Shown here piece by piece: positions 1 through 7,627 of a stretch of 20,564 nucleotides of DNA. The notes beneath the pieces are model-generated. The model was not told the DNA's origin. It was given only the letters and a program-made list of their open reading frames with translations, and did no database searches. Source of the DNA: a virus; the IMG/VR virus record IMGVR_UViG_3300029892_000002; one strand, given 5' to 3'. The translations under genes and the position numbers were made by a program. Each line of letters starts with the position of its first letter. Position 1 is the first letter of the stretch.

Positions 1-171
1 GACACCAGGCTCAGGGTGGAAGTTGGTCATGGTTCTGAGGGCTTCATCCCTGATGTTCTGAGCGGCGTTCAGATCTCTGTCATGGGTCTGGCCGCAGTGC
101 GGGCAGGACCACTCGCGCTCGGATAGCTTGAGTTTACGGTCCAGGCGCTGCTTGGTATGGTTGCAGATATG
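1..171 (-). pseudogene. tnpB: C-terminal remnant of TnpB (zinc finger plus RuvC-III)
   Basis: Minus-strand translation [46 protein letters not shown] contains the L-S-x-R-x-W-x-C-P-x-C-G and H-D-R-D-x-N-A-A-x-N-I signatures of the TnpB C-terminus. The N-terminal part of the protein is absent. Confidence 0.88.
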
Positions 172-220
172 GAGTCGCTTATATCCACGCCCTGAAGGAC
201 GTGGTTTTACGCTCATTGTG
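1..220 (-). mobile_element. Internally deleted (non-autonomous) IS200/IS605-family element, IS609-like; runs off the left edge
   Basis: Subterminal hairpin CCACGTCC-TTCA-GGGCGTGG (minus strand, 204-185) in the context CTTATATCCACGCCCTGAAGGACGTGGTTTTACGC, typical of IS605-group left ends. TTAT lies immediately outside it (224-221), the target tetranucleotide known for IS609. tnpB 3' codons follow directly. Bases 1-120 are about 60% GC (73/120), against an AT-rich phage background. Confidence 0.8.
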
Positions 221-390
221 ATAACTCTCAGGTGCAATACATTCGCCAAATACTTCTCCATTGCTCTCTGGCTGATCAATTCCAGAAAGCAACAGGCAAG
301 TATTTCACTCACTTCCTGTAGTGTCATCCAGGCGATCTTCACAAAGGCCGAATTAACACGATTCGTTGTGGTCTTAACATAGAATACCAC
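1..390 (-). CDS. Possible chimeric ORF (phage-derived N-terminus, IS left end, TnpB C-terminus); partial
   Basis: A stop-free frame of 130 codons runs from GTG 390 (in-frame ATGs at 327, 261, 216) to the window edge. It is missing from the ORF track because it has no stop in the window. Confidence 0.35.
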   Translation of the reverse strand, partial: MVFYVKTTTNRVNSAFVKIAWMTLQEVSEILACCFLELISQRAMEKYLANVLHLRVITMSVKPRPSGRGYKRLHICNHTKQRLDRKLKLSEREWSCPHCGQTHDRDLNAAQNIRDEALRTMTNFHPEPGV

Positions 391-451
391 ACCTTTTTAT
401 AGGGTTCGACGATTGCCTTTTCTAGTAAAAGCAGGGGTCGCCTATCTCACA

Positions 452-723
452 TAAAATCAGCCGAAGCTGTCGTCAACTATGAGAAGATCAACGATACTTT
501 AATCAAGGTAGTATAACCACCTCATTAGAGGTTACTTGTTTCCTCTAGCTCACTTTATATAACTCTATAAGTGTTTGTCTTTTGCCAAGATAACAAAAGC
601 TACAGTTCCTTATAGCTGAGCAGGTTTAGACTTAACTTAAGTCTCTCATATTACCTACCGGTTAGTTGGACCGGATTATGTCTACATGAGACATGCGGTA
701 AAGATAACTATTGCTAGTTGTCT
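452..723 (-). ncRNA. Candidate structured non-coding RNA (about 270 nt)
   Basis: No ORF in the track. It lies directly downstream of the promoter-like motif at 721-760 and contains at least seven local stems, a GCAA tetraloop (714-711), a cUUCGg hairpin (469-458) followed by AUUUU, and a 7-bp long-range helix (478-484/644-650). Confidence 0.45.
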
Positions 724-760
724 CACTTAATATATATGTGATCATATTTTTTTCAGATAA
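721..760 (-). promoter_or_regulatory. Putative phage (early-type) promoter, copy 1
   Basis: 32/40 ungapped identity to 13292-13331. Minus-strand core CACATATATATTAAGTGAGA resembles the TATATTAC early-promoter element of phiKZ. Intergenic, just downstream of the polymerase stop codon. Confidence 0.65.
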
Positions 761-804
761 GGTCTCCGATGTCATTCATGTCGTATGTATATATACGAAA
801 TCTC

Positions 805-2925
805 TCATGTATAATTAGATACCAAACTACCAGATTTAACAAAGAATCCAAGTGACTCAAGAATGATGCGATATACCAATGTAAGGTCTATGGCTATTTT
901 CTCAATATCCATGATGGATCTGATTTCCTGAGGAACACCATGTGATTGAACATACTCGGATGGTAGGTATATGGTATTCAGATCATTCTTTTTCTTTCTT
1001 ACTAACCACTCAACCATGGCTTCTCTCATCTTTACATTAGGAAGAGAATCCACCCATTCTTTCAGAACTGTTCTGTTCCTGAGTTTGGTTGGTATGATGA
1101 GAGTTCCAAATGGTGGTGGGTTAATAGGACCATATGCATGTTGATATACTTCTAACCAGAGTTTGTAGTGCTGATATGGTGATTCGTCTTCTGGTAGTGA
1201 GTATGCGCTAGCATCTTTGATCTTGGATTGTTTTAGGTATTTCGACTCACCAGACCTAAGCGATTCCATGACACTGCGCTCAATGTCTTGAACTCGCTTG
1301 ATATATTTCAGTAACTCTAGCGGTTGGTTCTGACTTACTGTTGTAAGTATCTCAGTAATCATCGCATGAGCTCCTTTGATTAAGTCAGGAGGAGCTGCTG
1401 AGTTCTTGAGATGAACACCTTTGATCTCAAGACTGGGATTAGCAAAGACGTTACCTTCTTGCACCACAGTCCATGCTGCATAGTGTTTAGCAACGTTAGT
1501 TGGCATGTGAACTGTCCAGAGAAACTCATTCTTCATAGCTAGATCATGAAGCATTTCTCTTGGAACATTGATGTTAGCTGAAAGAATAGCTAATAGATGA
1601 GATACTGCTTGTGTTGCTATGAAAGCCACAGCACCACAGACGGCAAAGGTTTCTTCACTGAAATTGATCTTACCAAAATACCATAACATCCAGTCATCGG
1701 TAGAGAAACAGGTAGAATCCGTATCGGATAATACCACCGACCTACGCATCATGGAACGGATGAACGCATGACTGGCTGGAACCATCTTGGTTAGGAAAAA
1801 CGCTTTGATGAATAAGTCATAGTCCTTGAGAACTTGTGCTATGTTCTCAGATGTAAGTACCAGCATACAGACTGTCTCATAAGGCATCTTGGCATAATCT
1901 TTACCTTTACCTCTGAGATCATTATAACCAATTTGATGAGCGTAGTTTAAGATTTGTTCATCGATGGACCAGATCTTATCTAGAGCATTTTCAACATGCC
2001 CGGTGCACTTCTTACTGAGTCTATTAATGAACTCCAACATGAAGTCATTATTAAGTACACGTATGCGATATAGGTCACCTATGTAGCAGAAGGCTGCTCT
2101 TTCTATATCGTCCATCTTTTCCACATAAGCTTGGATGCGCTCCATAGCTAGTGGGTTCTGGAAATAGAACCTAGTGGAGTATTCTATACAATCCATAACT
2201 TCCTGTACTGTAGGAATATGGAGTTTATAATGCTCTATGGCTTGTTTGATTTCATCTCTATCTATCTCTGTGCAATAACAATTGAGATTATAGAGAACGA
2301 TATCCTCGTTATAGTAATGACGATTACCCATCACTACACGTTCATTGGAGGCGTTGCCAAAAGAACTCACAGATCTAATCGTAGAGGTAAGTGAACTATG
2401 AGCAGTTGGGTTATAAAATACCGAACCCTTACTACCAAATGCTCCAGACATACTGTTGTTATAGTTCTTCATGTTCTTCTGTTCATTGTCCTTCATGATG
2501 AACAGATCATTATTACCGGCTGCTTTAGCTTTGAATCCTTCTTTTTTAGCTTGGCTTCTGCGTTTCTTATTACCTTCTACGAATCCAACTAGCTTAGATG
2601 GTATCTGGGTTGGGTTCTTATAGCAAGTAAAGGTTGGAGCCAGGATAAGATCTCTCTTAACCAAGGTATCTATATATCTAGATAGAGAGATATGATCAAC
2701 TAATCTATCGCCATTATCACCACGATGAAAGAACTTCACAACTGGGTTTTTGATACCAGATTGCTTACTAGTGATCACATGCCTTACGAATTCTTTACAT
2801 TGGTCGATGGGATCACCGGACATCTTACTGATATACATAGCAGCCTGTTCAAGATAATGATTGATAGGCTGTATGTCTCTTTGGTAGTATTCTTTTTCCC
2901 TAAGAAATAGCTGTTGCTCTGACAT
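805..2925 (-). CDS. phiKZ-type family B DNA polymerase, catalytic (palm/thumb) subunit, gp050-like
   Basis: 706 aa. Motif B variant KNYNNSMSG and motif C VVLSDTDS, followed by K-H-Y-A and LEIKGVHLK. No exonuclease motifs, consistent with the split polymerase of phiKZ-like phages. Syntenic with phuZ. Confidence 0.9.
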   Translation of the reverse strand: MSEQQLFLREKEYYQRDIQPINHYLEQAAMYISKMSGDPIDQCKEFVRHVITSKQSGIKNPVVKFFHRGDNGDRLVDHISLSRYIDTLVKRDLILAPTFTCYKNPTQIPSKLVGFVEGNKKRRSQAKKEGFKAKAAGNNDLFIMKDNEQKNMKNYNNSMSGAFGSKGSVFYNPTAHSSLTSTIRSVSSFGNASNERVVMGNRHYYNEDIVLYNLNCYCTEIDRDEIKQAIEHYKLHIPTVQEVMDCIEYSTRFYFQNPLAMERIQAYVEKMDDIERAAFCYIGDLYRIRVLNNDFMLEFINRLSKKCTGHVENALDKIWSIDEQILNYAHQIGYNDLRGKGKDYAKMPYETVCMLVLTSENIAQVLKDYDLFIKAFFLTKMVPASHAFIRSMMRRSVVLSDTDSTCFSTDDWMLWYFGKINFSEETFAVCGAVAFIATQAVSHLLAILSANINVPREMLHDLAMKNEFLWTVHMPTNVAKHYAAWTVVQEGNVFANPSLEIKGVHLKNSAAPPDLIKGAHAMITEILTTVSQNQPLELLKYIKRVQDIERSVMESLRSGESKYLKQSKIKDASAYSLPEDESPYQHYKLWLEVYQHAYGPINPPPFGTLIIPTKLRNRTVLKEWVDSLPNVKMREAMVEWLVRKKKNDLNTIYLPSEYVQSHGVPQEIRSIMDIEKIAIDLTLVYRIILESLGFFVKSGSLVSNYT

Positions 2926-3182
2926 TATCTATCCATCCCAGCCATGAACTTTCTCAATATATCCTCAACAGTAGAAACAGGAGCAGGTCTAAATTCAGCT
3001 ACATCTGTATGCTCTACATCAACCAAACCAACATCCTTGTATAGACACAAACAATCACCTAGATCGTTACGCTCAAGTACTGGTAGTTCTTTGCCGGCTA
3101 TATCTTCTATTTTACCGTGGTGAAATATAGTTTCAGTTGGTTTGTCGACTATTCTACACCAGCCAATTATTCTACCGATCAT
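2925..3182 (-). CDS. Hypothetical protein (85 aa, MIGRIIGW...)
   Basis: ATG at 3182 is preceded by AAAGGA. The stop overlaps the polymerase start (TAATG). The longer 187-aa track version crosses a terminator and an opposite-strand gene. Confidence 0.7.
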   Translation of the reverse strand: MIGRIIGWCRIVDKPTETIFHHGKIEDIAGKELPVLERNDLGDCLCLYKDVGLVDVEHTDVAEFRPAPVSTVEDILRKFMAGMDR

Positions 3183-3224
3183 TTTCTTGTCCTTTCTTCT
3201 TAACCAATCGATGTGATTAGTGGC

Positions 3225-3259
3225 AAAAAAAGAACCCACCCCGCTTTTGCGAGGTGGGT
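3225..3259 (-). terminator. Intrinsic terminator
   Basis: Minus strand ACCCACCTCGC-AAAA-GCGGGGTGGGT (11 bp, one G-U) followed by TCTTTTTTT. Confidence 0.8.
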
Positions 3260-3280
3260 CTAAGCCTAACAAGGGAGACG

Positions 3281-3532
3281 ATGAAACAGAAAGACTTCCT
3301 GGTTTATGGCCAGGAAGTAAAATCGGATGCAATCGCGAGATACATCCGGAGGAGAAGCCGGTTAGGGAGGGGAAGGAGCAAAGCGAAGGATGCGATGTAT
3401 ATCGACCTGACTGTCGATGATTGTCCTCAACACACACAGGAGACGATAGTGGTGAGGTATCGGTTGCTTGATGGGCCGCAGTACCCAAAGCTAATCGCTT
3501 CGATCGCCAGATGGAGGGCTTGCCTCAGATAG
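3281..3532 (+). CDS. Small basic hypothetical protein (83 aa, MKQKDFLVYG...), antisense to its neighbours
   Basis: AAGGGAG precedes ATG 3281. Fills the gap between two minus-strand genes, has an Arg/Lys-rich patch RYIRRRSRLGRGRSKAK, and is GC-richer than its flanks. Confidence 0.55.
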   Translation: MKQKDFLVYGQEVKSDAIARYIRRRSRLGRGRSKAKDAMYIDLTVDDCPQHTQETIVVRYRLLDGPQYPKLIASIARWRACLR

Positions 3533-3561
3533 CTCCTTCCCCAAACCAATCATACAACAGA

Positions 3562-3957
3562 CTAAGGATTCATCTGCTGCATGGTAAATTTATATCCCAT
3601 AGAATTCAGTACATCGCGAATTTTATTCATGTCGGTATCATCAATATCAAAAACCGAAACAGACAGGTTGATAGACTCAACTTCGACTATGGAATTCTCA
3701 ATGATCCATGGGTATGCTAAAACGGACTTGATTCCAGCTGACGACTCAAAAAGTAAGTATGTATAATCAGCTGTTCTATCAGGAGTTCCTGCTGGTAGTA
3801 ATGGGAAGATTTGCCGTTGCAGAACATCCACATTACTATGCTGTTTGGCAGTGTTATAACCAACTATACCTATTACCCGCATTTGTTTAAATGCATCGCT
3901 AAACAATGCAGGTGCATAGGTTGTGAAGTTATATAACCGGTTCAGATTGAAGAGCAT
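3562..3957 (-). CDS. Conserved phiKZ-like hypothetical protein (gp049-like position, upstream of the polymerase)
   Basis: 131 aa. YNFTTYAPALF...LPAGTPD...YLLF...YPWI pattern and position match, from memory, the small conserved gene that precedes the polymerase in this phage group. Confidence 0.7.
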   Translation of the reverse strand: MLFNLNRLYNFTTYAPALFSDAFKQMRVIGIVGYNTAKQHSNVDVLQRQIFPLLPAGTPDRTADYTYLLFESSAGIKSVLAYPWIIENSIVEVESINLSVSVFDIDDTDMNKIRDVLNSMGYKFTMQQMNP

Positions 3958-4408
3958 GTTGTGCCACTCCCAGGATTAAGAAATCAACAGCTATACGTTC
4001 AGGATAAACCTGACGTCCATCCAGGAGATTATACTCCCTTAGTCGCTGCCAGATGTTATATGCCAATTCACTCATGACCGATTTCAAAACCTGGTATAAT
4101 GGATCCCTAAGATTGTCTGTAAGTAAACCAAGCTCAGGGTTTCCACATTTCCACATTCTGTTTACATCAGGATAATTAGTCATGTTAGTCCAAAAGATGT
4201 TCAGATCAGCATCTATTATCTCAAATATCTGATACAACATTTCTTGATATATCAGACCAACACCATGTCCAAGCTCACTGGGAGTGAAGCGAGCTTGGAC
4301 TTCTGGACTATTCGTTAGTTTATTGAAAAGGTACGGTGCAAAATCAGCTATAGAGATGACTACAGCTTTTCTCTCATAGCTTTGATTATGAGATTGGTAC
4401 TGCATCAA
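3929..4408 (-). CDS. Hypothetical protein (159 aa)
   Basis: ORF overlaps both neighbours in a co-oriented operon. Confidence 0.8.
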   Translation of the reverse strand: MMQYQSHNQSYERKAVVISIADFAPYLFNKLTNSPEVQARFTPSELGHGVGLIYQEMLYQIFEIIDADLNIFWTNMTNYPDVNRMWKCGNPELGLLTDNLRDPLYQVLKSVMSELAYNIWQRLREYNLLDGRQVYPERIAVDFLILGVAQHALQSEPVI

Positions 4409-4826
4409 GATCCTCCGGACATCTGATATGCATCAGAACCAACCCATGGTTAACTATCGTGGCATGGTTATAGAACTGGAGTTCGTCTGGATTCGATTTG
4501 AACATATCGCAAATATGGTCAATGATGTCAGACATTTCCTTACCTGCTTTTCTAAGGATAAATCTTTCATCGATCTCAGACTCATCACCGGAGTCTGGTT
4601 TCAAAAGACCCATTTTGCTATAACTGTGTAGTTCATCAAATATGCTAGCCAATGCCAGGATTGGATCTTTCAACATATCCAAAAGGATACTAGCAAACGC
4701 GTCAGTAGAACCAGGCTCAATACAAACACCATTGGTAGTGATGCTGTAATAGATAGTATCCCTGATGTCAAATGGAAGTCTTATGATAACCACGCGATAG
4801 AACTCTGGTTTAAAAGTTGGTTCCAT
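4386..4826 (-). CDS. Hypothetical protein (146 aa)
   Basis: AAGGAG ribosome-binding site upstream; operon packing. Confidence 0.8.
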   Translation of the reverse strand: MEPTFKPEFYRVVIIRLPFDIRDTIYYSITTNGVCIEPGSTDAFASILLDMLKDPILALASIFDELHSYSKMGLLKPDSGDESEIDERFILRKAGKEMSDIIDHICDMFKSNPDELQFYNHATIVNHGLVLMHIRCPEDLDAVPIS

Positions 4827-4838
4827 GTTCTTGTCTCC

Positions 4839-5228
4839 TTAATATTCTTGCTGTCTCTCTACTAGGTCTCCAGTGTAATAGAACGCTACTATCCATGGGC
4901 CTAGGAATTTACTGAATACATACAATTCTTGATGACGGTATACTTTACCAAAAAACTTATCCATGTAGTGATCTAAAACAGACCTTACATCCTCAATGGT
5001 TATCTCAAGGGCCTGAAGATCGTATTCCGAAAGATTACTCAACTCCATGACTTTCTCAAGCCTTTCCCATACTTCTGTATCGTAAGGACCATAGGGATAG
5101 GTCATGACGATGGTATCAACAACCGTCTTATATGCTTCATTTGTAAACCTGGTGGCTGGTTGGTATTCTTTCAGTGGACTATAATCAATAACAACCAGTT
5201 TAGGGAAATTAGTCGTCGTATGATTCAC
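4839..5228 (-). CDS. Hypothetical protein (129 aa)
   Basis: GTG start after GAAGGA; overlaps the end of the upstream gene. Confidence 0.8.
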   Translation of the reverse strand: MNHTTTNFPKLVVIDYSPLKEYQPATRFTNEAYKTVVDTIVMTYPYGPYDTEVWERLEKVMELSNLSEYDLQALEITIEDVRSVLDHYMDKFFGKVYRHQELYVFSKFLGPWIVAFYYTGDLVERQQEY

Positions 5229-5892
5229 ATCCTTCCCTCTGAATTCTATACCAGTCGAATACTCTATAGTCTATCAATTTCTCAATAACTATAGATGTAC
5301 CGACTAGTTTCATATCGTAAAGATGCCATGTATCTCTGCCAACAAATTCACGGAGAGCCAGATATAAACTATCTAGCGCACACTCAATAGTATCAGACAC
5401 CTCTACTGTGTGATACTGTTCATCTAAACAATCTTCTATCGTTGGAAATCTACCAACGTGATAACTGTTTACTGGAGCCAATCCGCGAATAGTAGCAACC
5501 ACAAAAGCAAATATAAGCTTAACGGCAGAGATGTTGTATGGCGGTTGTTTTCTTAGAAGCTTCTTGTACTTCTTGATGACAGTATGCTGGATAATCCTCT
5601 TAGGATATTTTTCATGAACGACCGGGTGATCTATATCCAAAAGAGCATCTAGGCTAGTTATGGCCAGTAACTCATCACCATATCTACCAGCAGGATAATA
5701 AACACCAGCTGGTAAGAATGGCTTAACAGACCATGGAAGATAAAGTCCTTCTTCAGGAGTTACGACCTTATTGAGCAGACCATCCCCCATGAGAAAATCA
5801 GCATATTTATCTGCATCTAGAACCAAAACTCCAGTTGGTGTTAAGAGTTCATTCTCAGGAACTGGTTCGTAATATGGACTGTTATCTTTCAC
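5209..5892 (-). CDS. Conserved phiKZ-like hypothetical protein (about 227 aa; possibly gp042-like)
   Basis: The likely start is GTG 5892, just after the DHH stop (5894-5896), with GAGGT upstream. C-terminus FVGRDTWHLYDMKLVGTSIVIEKLIDYR. The gp042 label rests on position only. Confidence 0.75.
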   Translation of the reverse strand: MKDNSPYYEPVPENELLTPTGVLVLDADKYADFLMGDGLLNKVVTPEEGLYLPWSVKPFLPAGVYYPAGRYGDELLAITSLDALLDIDHPVVHEKYPKRIIQHTVIKKYKKLLRKQPPYNISAVKLIFAFVVATIRGLAPVNSYHVGRFPTIEDCLDEQYHTVEVSDTIECALDSLYLALREFVGRDTWHLYDMKLVGTSIVIEKLIDYRVFDWYRIQREGCESYDD

Positions 5893-5893
5893 T

Positions 5894-6826
5894 CTACACC
5901 TCTTCTTGAGAAAGGGCCTTGATGATCTTTTCAATAGGTACTACGCAACTTGCTGCTGTTTTATGGCCACCACCACCAAAAGCTTTAGCTATAGAAGAAA
6001 CATCATATTCATTACTTCTAAAAGCAAGCTTGGCACTACCATTTTTCTTTAAATGCCAAATGACGCCAAATGTCCCTGACTTTTTAGCCAAAGCTTCACC
6101 AATTTCGTTTGGATAGCAATTAGAATTAACCATCAGACCGACATGAGGATAGATTTTATCGCCATCAGTAACTACAAACGTCACTTCTTTAGCGCTAGCA
6201 CAAGCTTTTTCAACAATGGCTTTTTGAGCACGAAGTATATGCACTCCTTGTTCTATCAACCCGTCTACCTTGCTATCACTAAACCCACCATCAGCATCAC
6301 AAAGCAATAGATCAAGATATTCAAAAGACCACGGTTGATAGCTTCTCATCACTGCATTAAAGCTATCTGTACCTGGATATTTCTTTATCCATCGATCGTA
6401 GTCATCTACCAGTTTAACAAACAAATGCTGTTCTTCACCATGGAAAAAATATTCCCATGTAAGCATGGCTCCTGATTTATTGTCGTTTAGCCTAATAGTG
6501 ACTGGATCAAGAATGCTACCATTTTGCTCTAAAACCATGCCTTGAGTATATCCACCACAATAATCTTCAAAGCATGTTTTGTGATGATCTAGCCAGACCA
6601 CACTTTCGGCTAGACAGAATAGTTCCTTCATCACCTTGACTGGAAAACTAAAATCCAGGATATAAACCTGTCTTCCAGGAGCTTTATCAAGAACTTCTCT
6701 AGCAAAATTTGGTTTATAGTAGTCACCTGGAAGATATTCAGCATCATCGCCCAATACCTTCCAAGCTAAGAACCCACTAATGATACCGTCAACACAATTG
6801 TCGTGATAGATTACAAGAGGTTTCAT
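5894..6826 (-). CDS. DHH/DHHA1 family phosphoesterase (NrnA/nanoRNase-like)
   Basis: Motifs YHDNCVDG (I), ILDFS (II), WLDHHKT (DHH), SGAMLTW and DDYDRW, plus C-terminal DHHA1 AFRS...FGGGGHKTAAS. Confidence 0.92.
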   Translation of the reverse strand: MKPLVIYHDNCVDGIISGFLAWKVLGDDAEYLPGDYYKPNFAREVLDKAPGRQVYILDFSFPVKVMKELFCLAESVVWLDHHKTCFEDYCGGYTQGMVLEQNGSILDPVTIRLNDNKSGAMLTWEYFFHGEEQHLFVKLVDDYDRWIKKYPGTDSFNAVMRSYQPWSFEYLDLLLCDADGGFSDSKVDGLIEQGVHILRAQKAIVEKACASAKEVTFVVTDGDKIYPHVGLMVNSNCYPNEIGEALAKKSGTFGVIWHLKKNGSAKLAFRSNEYDVSSIAKAFGGGGHKTAASCVVPIEKIIKALSQEEV

Positions 6827-7218
6827 TAAAATCTCCTTGAATGCTGTTTGTGATGGTATCTAGCTACACAGACTATCATACCAGATCTAGTAGCCATATA
6901 GTCGATCCTGTCTATCCTACTTACATCGACACCAGACCCTTTGAAGATCCTAATCATCAACGGAAGAAGTTGATATTTTAAATCATCATAGAACGCATAT
7001 AGGGTCTCTTCGAAGAGTGGTTTAATTGGTGGACGGATATAACGACCAGTTAGTTCATATAACACATCTGAGAACAACTGAGTAATGATCATAGCTGTAT
7101 AGTCTTCGATCATGTTTGGACGAAAGTAATGCACGTCCAATAATAAAGGCAACCTCTCGTCGAGATACGCCCATACTTCATTGATGTTGACTATGTAGAG
7201 CGTCTCTACTGGTTTCAC
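6826..7218 (-). CDS. Hypothetical protein (130 aa)
   Basis: GTG start after GAGGGG; TAATG coupling to the DHH gene. Confidence 0.78.
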   Translation of the reverse strand: MKPVETLYIVNINEVWAYLDERLPLLLDVHYFRPNMIEDYTAMIITQLFSDVLYELTGRYIRPPIKPLFEETLYAFYDDLKYQLLPLMIRIFKGSGVDVSRIDRIDYMATRSGMIVCVARYHHKQHSRRF

Positions 7219-7340
7219 GGCAAATCCCCTCTAGGCCACCTTATAGCCTTATCCTTGAGTTTTTTTAAGAAAAACGATACAGGCATCGTCCTAAGGAAAG
7301 ATCGTTTGATACGGGTCGTTTTGGTGGGGTTTACGATACA

Positions 7341-7604
7341 TTATGTCTTCCTTTGATACCAGTGTTCATTAGGGATTTCTCCAACATAAACATTCGTGAT
7401 ATACCAGTTTGGAGGATTAATGTTCTTTATGCTAATGTCTCCAATTACAATATGGTCACCACCATAGGTCTTTAATAGAGCAATCTTTAAAGGACCGTGT
7501 GAGCGCGCATTTGTCTTCGACATATATGTGTTATTATGAGCATGTGTTGCTATTGGTAAATTTGGAAGTTTTAGTAGAATTTTCGCTAAATCGTGGCTAT
7601 TCAT
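7341..7604 (-). CDS. Hypothetical protein (87 aa)
   Basis: GGAG ribosome-binding site upstream of the ATG; fills the gap downstream of phuZ. Confidence 0.7.
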   Translation of the reverse strand: MNSHDLAKILLKLPNLPIATHAHNNTYMSKTNARSHGPLKIALLKTYGGDHIVIGDISIKNINPPNWYITNVYVGEIPNEHWYQRKT

Positions 7605-7627
7605 AATAACTCCATTAAGTTAAATAG

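Noticed and set aside
128-382. 84-aa plus-strand ORF
   Set aside because: Antisense shadow across the tnpB remnant and IS left end; its [10 protein letters not shown] segment is just the translated IS hairpin.
400-445. GGTTCGA T-loop-like word suggesting a tRNA or tmRNA
   Set aside because: No T-stem, acceptor stem, anticodon arm or CCA end.
225-723. IStron (group I intron plus IS605) or HEARO/IscB omegaRNA
   Set aside because: The left-end hairpin lies between the structured region and tnpB rather than at the 5' end. No group I P7 consensus pair or HEARO-type pattern is visible.
3183-3488. N-terminal extension of the 187-aa ORF
   Set aside because: Crosses a same-strand terminator and an opposite-strand gene; a good ribosome-binding site supports ATG 3182.
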